Under the pieces are notes generated by a model, which was not told the origin of the DNA, ran no database searches, and saw only the letters and a list, made by a program, of their open reading frames with translations. Positions 61,650-64,000 of a DNA stretch of 64,000 nt are shown here, piece after piece. The position numbers were made by a program, and so were the translations under genes. Positions within the stretch are counted from its first letter, which is position 1. The number at the start of each line of letters is the position of its first letter. Source of the stretch: an uncultured Gemmataceae bacterium (GTDB lineage Bacteria; Planctomycetota; Planctomycetia; Gemmatales; Gemmataceae); NCBI GenBank assembly GCA_963750165.1, contig CAVVPN010000011.1:352001-416000 (forward strand), read 5' to 3'.

Positions 61650-62621
61650 ATGACCAGACCCCATCGGCCGCGCGGCCGGCGCAGCACTCCGGCCGGCGAG
61701 CACCGCGCCGTGCTGCTCGACGAGGTGCTGCGCGTGCTGGCGCCGCAGCCGGGAGAAATCGCCGTCGATGGCACCACCGGCTGGGGCGGCCACGCGGTCG
61801 AGCTGCTGCGCCGCGTCGGGCCGACGGGCCGGCTGCTTGGCCTCGACCTCGATGCCGACAACCTGCCGCGTGCCCGCGAACGCCTGGAGGCGCTGGGGCT
61901 GCCGTTCGCGCTGCAGCACGGCAACTTCGCGGGGCTGCCGCAGGCGCTGGCGGCGAAGGGGCTGACCGCGGTGGACGTGGTGCTGGCGGACCTGGGCATG
62001 TCGAGCATGCAGCTGGACGACGCCGAACGCGGCTTCAGCTACCGGCGCGACGGCCCGCTCGACATGCGCATGGACCGCACGCGCGGCCGGTCGGCGGCGC
62101 AGCTGCTGGCGACGCTGCCGCAGGCGGAGCTGGCGGCAGCGCTGCGCGAGCTGGGCGACGAGCCGGACGCGGAGCGGATCGCGGCGGCGGTGGTGGTGGC
62201 GCGCGGCCGGCGGCCGCTGGAGCGCACCGGCGAACTGGCGGAGCTGATTTTGGAGGCGACGCAGGCGGGGCGGCCGTGGCGGCTGCGGCCGGCGGCGGAC
62301 AAATGGCAGACGCACCCGGCGGCGCGGACGTTCCAGGCGTTGCGCATCCTCGTCAACCGCGAGGTGGGGAATTTACAGGCGCTGCTGCGGACGCTGCCGG
62401 CGTGTCTGCGGCCGGGCGGGCGTGTGGCCATTATCAGCTTCCACAGCGGCGAGGACCGGCTGGTCAAGGCGGCGTTCCGCGAGGGGGTGCGGGCGAGCGT
62501 GTACGCGGCGGCGGCGGACGAGCCGGTACGGCCGACGTTCGCGGAGCGCAGCGCCAACCCGCGGGCGCGCTCGGCCAAGCTGCGCCGGGCGCGGAAGGCG
62601 GGCGCCGCGGAAAATAGCTAG
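61650..62621 (+). CDS. rsmH: 16S rRNA m4C1402 methyltransferase (RsmH/MraW)
   Basis: HRAVLLDEV, DGTTGWGGH, DLGMSSMQLD..RGFSY..GPLDMRMD, RTFQALRI.VN.E, ISFHSGEDRLVK, NPRARSAKLR. Confidence 0.95.
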   Translation: MTRPHRPRGRRSTPAGEHRAVLLDEVLRVLAPQPGEIAVDGTTGWGGHAVELLRRVGPTGRLLGLDLDADNLPRARERLEALGLPFALQHGNFAGLPQALAAKGLTAVDVVLADLGMSSMQLDDAERGFSYRRDGPLDMRMDRTRGRSAAQLLATLPQAELAAALRELGDEPDAERIAAAVVVARGRRPLERTGELAELILEATQAGRPWRLRPAADKWQTHPAARTFQALRILVNREVGNLQALLRTLPACLRPGGRVAIISFHSGEDRLVKAAFREGVRASVYAAAADEPVRPTFAERSANPRARSAKLRRARKAGAAENS

Positions 62622-62647
62622 GACGCGGTTTCCAAACCAGCCCGGAG

Positions 62648-62705
62648 CGCCACGCACCTGGTTGAGCAACCGCGGCGCCGGCGGTGGACTGGCGGATGGA
62701 GTCAT
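62648..62705 (-). pseudogene. Possible 5' stub of an integron integrase
   Basis: AGGAGG RBS then MTPSASPPPAPRLLNQVR, resembling the usual IntI N-terminus PRLLDQVR; divergent from the attI-like site; only ~19 codons. Confidence 0.5.
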
Positions 62706-62830
62706 GGGCATCCTCCTGTCAGGGGATTGTAGGTGGTTGCAGTGTACTCCCGACCAGACTGGCCACAAAGGAGTGTCTTTCAAAAAAGAGAAAAAAAGTG
62801 CGCGTTTCTTTCATTTCGAGAACATAGCGG

Positions 62831-62881
62831 TTACACTCGGCCGCGGGCGCTGGCAATGCCAGCGCCCGCGGCCGAGTGTAA
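62831..62881. repeat. Perfect palindrome with 25-bp arms
   Basis: TTACACTCGGCCGCGGGCGCTGGCA-A-TGCCAGCGCCCGCGGCCGAGTGTAA. Confidence 0.85.
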
Positions 62882-62914
62882 AACCTGAAAGATGAGCCTT
62901 GCTATCGCGCGCGG

Positions 62915-62937
62915 CGCGCGATAATCAGATGTTCGGC
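62915..62937 (+). other. Putative attI recombination site (core GTTCGGC at 62931)
   Basis: GATAATCAGAT-GTTCGGC just before the first cassette gene; the core is complementary to the attC R'' GCCGAAC. Confidence 0.5.
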
Positions 62938-62969
62938 GGCAGGAGACCATCACAACAACCGAGGCGGCA

Positions 62970-63449
62970 ATGGGCGAGCGGTGGGATGAGGATGACGAAG
63001 ATGTGATGAGCTTCCTTGAGAAGATCGAGGCCGCGCTCCGCCGAATGATCGTTGGCGTTTTCCGGTTCATTTTCGTCCGCCTGCCCATGTGGGTGTACGA
63101 ACTCGGGAAGGGGTTCTTCGATTGGATCGGGCGAGCGCTCGGTTACATGGTCCGCTTGACCGTGAAGTTGGCTCGAGTCCTGTGCTTGGCCGTGGTGTGG
63201 TTGGCGCTGGTGTTCGGACCGCTCACAGCTAGCCTCTGCTGGGATTGGCCGCTGAAGCGGTCGGCGACGACGCCGCCCGGCCAGTCGGTTCCCGCGAAGC
63301 CGCCACCCGCGTCCATCCCACCAGGTTCGATCACGGGTGTAGCCACGTGGCATGTCCTTGGGGCATCTTGGGCGGTGATTGGGCTGATCGGTTCTGTGTG
63401 GGGTGTGCGGAGCCGGTGGCACACGCGGCGTACGCCGGATCTGGATTGA
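62970..63449 (+). CDS. Hypothetical membrane protein, probable integron gene cassette
   Basis: 159-aa ORF with atypical codon usage and hydrophobic segments, lying between the attI-like core and attC. Confidence 0.6.
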   Translation: MGERWDEDDEDVMSFLEKIEAALRRMIVGVFRFIFVRLPMWVYELGKGFFDWIGRALGYMVRLTVKLARVLCLAVVWLALVFGPLTASLCWDWPLKRSATTPPGQSVPAKPPPASIPPGSITGVATWHVLGASWAVIGLIGSVWGVRSRWHTRRTPDLD

Positions 63450-63580
63450 CGATCATGTGCTGGCCAGTGGGGAACAGCAAGAGGCCGCCCCAGGAACTTC
63501 TCTTGAGGATAGAGGATCGGTGATGTGGCTAGCCGTAAAAGGGGACGCGGACCGTTTCGTGAGTTAGCATGGGGCGCCGG

Positions 63581-63676
63581 GCCGAACCATCTGCTGCAGA
63601 CCGGCCACGCGATTTGGGTTGTTCCAGCTTCAGCGCCGCTTCCGCGTGAGCCGGCTGCTGAGCTTTGGCGTTCGGC
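63581..63676 (+). mobile_element. Integron attC site
   Basis: R'' GCCGAAC, L''-like TGCTGCAG, stem CCGGC-CACGCG..CGCGTG-A-GCCGG, L' TGCTGAGC, R' GTTCGGC; 96 bp. Confidence 0.75.
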
Positions 63677-63777
63677 CTTCTGAAGTGGGGCCGTCCTGTT
63701 GAGCAGTTGACGCCTGGGGCGGTTCGTGGGACCATAAACAATCGGGGTGTTAAAAGCGCTGCCGTGGGAGACGAACC

Positions 63778-64000
63778 ATGCCTCAGACCGTTGAACTACC
63801 CGATGATCTGGCCGAGGCCCTGACCGACGAGGCATCGCGCCTGGGGTTGTCGCTGCCCGATTATACCGTTCGCCTACTAATGTCCGCCCGGCCGGCCGTG
63901 GCCGCGGTTCGGAGCGGTGCGGACCTCGTCGCCTTCTGGCGGGCCGAGGGCTTGGTCGGCAGCCGACCGGACATTACCGATGCCCAGGCTGAAGGCCGCC
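63778..64000 (+). CDS. Small putative antitoxin/RHH-like protein (partial), second cassette
   Basis: GGGAG RBS; MPQTVELPDDLAEALTDEASRLGLSLPDYTVRLL..; open to the window end and not in the ORF track. Confidence 0.6.
   Translation, partial: MPQTVELPDDLAEALTDEASRLGLSLPDYTVRLLMSARPAVAAVRSGADLVAFWRAEGLVGSRPDITDAQAEGR

Noticed and set aside
62899..62925. Cassette promoter TTGCTA..GATAAT
   Set aside because: The spacer is only 15 nt as sequenced, too short to call. A lost GC unit in the CGCGCG run would make it 17.
1..64000. tRNA, rRNA or prophage genes
   Set aside because: No cloverleaf, rRNA-like stretch or phage structural gene was recognised.

Overview
GC-rich bacterial chromosome segment, very likely a planctomycete of Gemmataceae type. 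This is inferred from a DUF1559 prepilin-like gene, a Planctomycete/Verrucomicrobia-type bacterial microcompartment (BMC) operon, PPC-domain and FGE-domain proteins, and a 'PILGDALEEAGC...HIRGCWVVDL' family gene. Contents in order: C5 DNA methyltransferase; DinB protein; metal ABC binding protein and ATPase with no permease; M20 amidohydrolase; histidine kinase and sigma-54 regulator, followed by a consensus -24/-12 promoter and a DUF1559 gene; GtrA, FGE-domain and SDR proteins; a decayed IS1202-type (ISNCY) element with recognisable ends; M32 carboxypeptidase; DksA-type Zn finger; a large VWA surface protein; a dense intergenic repeat cluster; a PPC protein; an AcrAB-like RND pump; a RES-toxin remnant; a ~2,130-aa polytopic membrane protein; DUF2760; a TPR protein with an FrpC self-processing-module-like domain; a BMC operon with non-canonical added genes; a PepSY-like/two-component/heavy-metal RND cluster; and rsmH. 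At the right edge is what appears to be a decapitated integron (intI stub, attI-like core, first cassette, attC, second cassette). About seven frameshifts fall in GC/CG-rich contexts and are probably systematic sequencing errors. Many distinct REP-like palindrome families fill the intergenic spaces. No tRNA, rRNA or CRISPR array was seen. All family calls come from motif recognition, not database searches.
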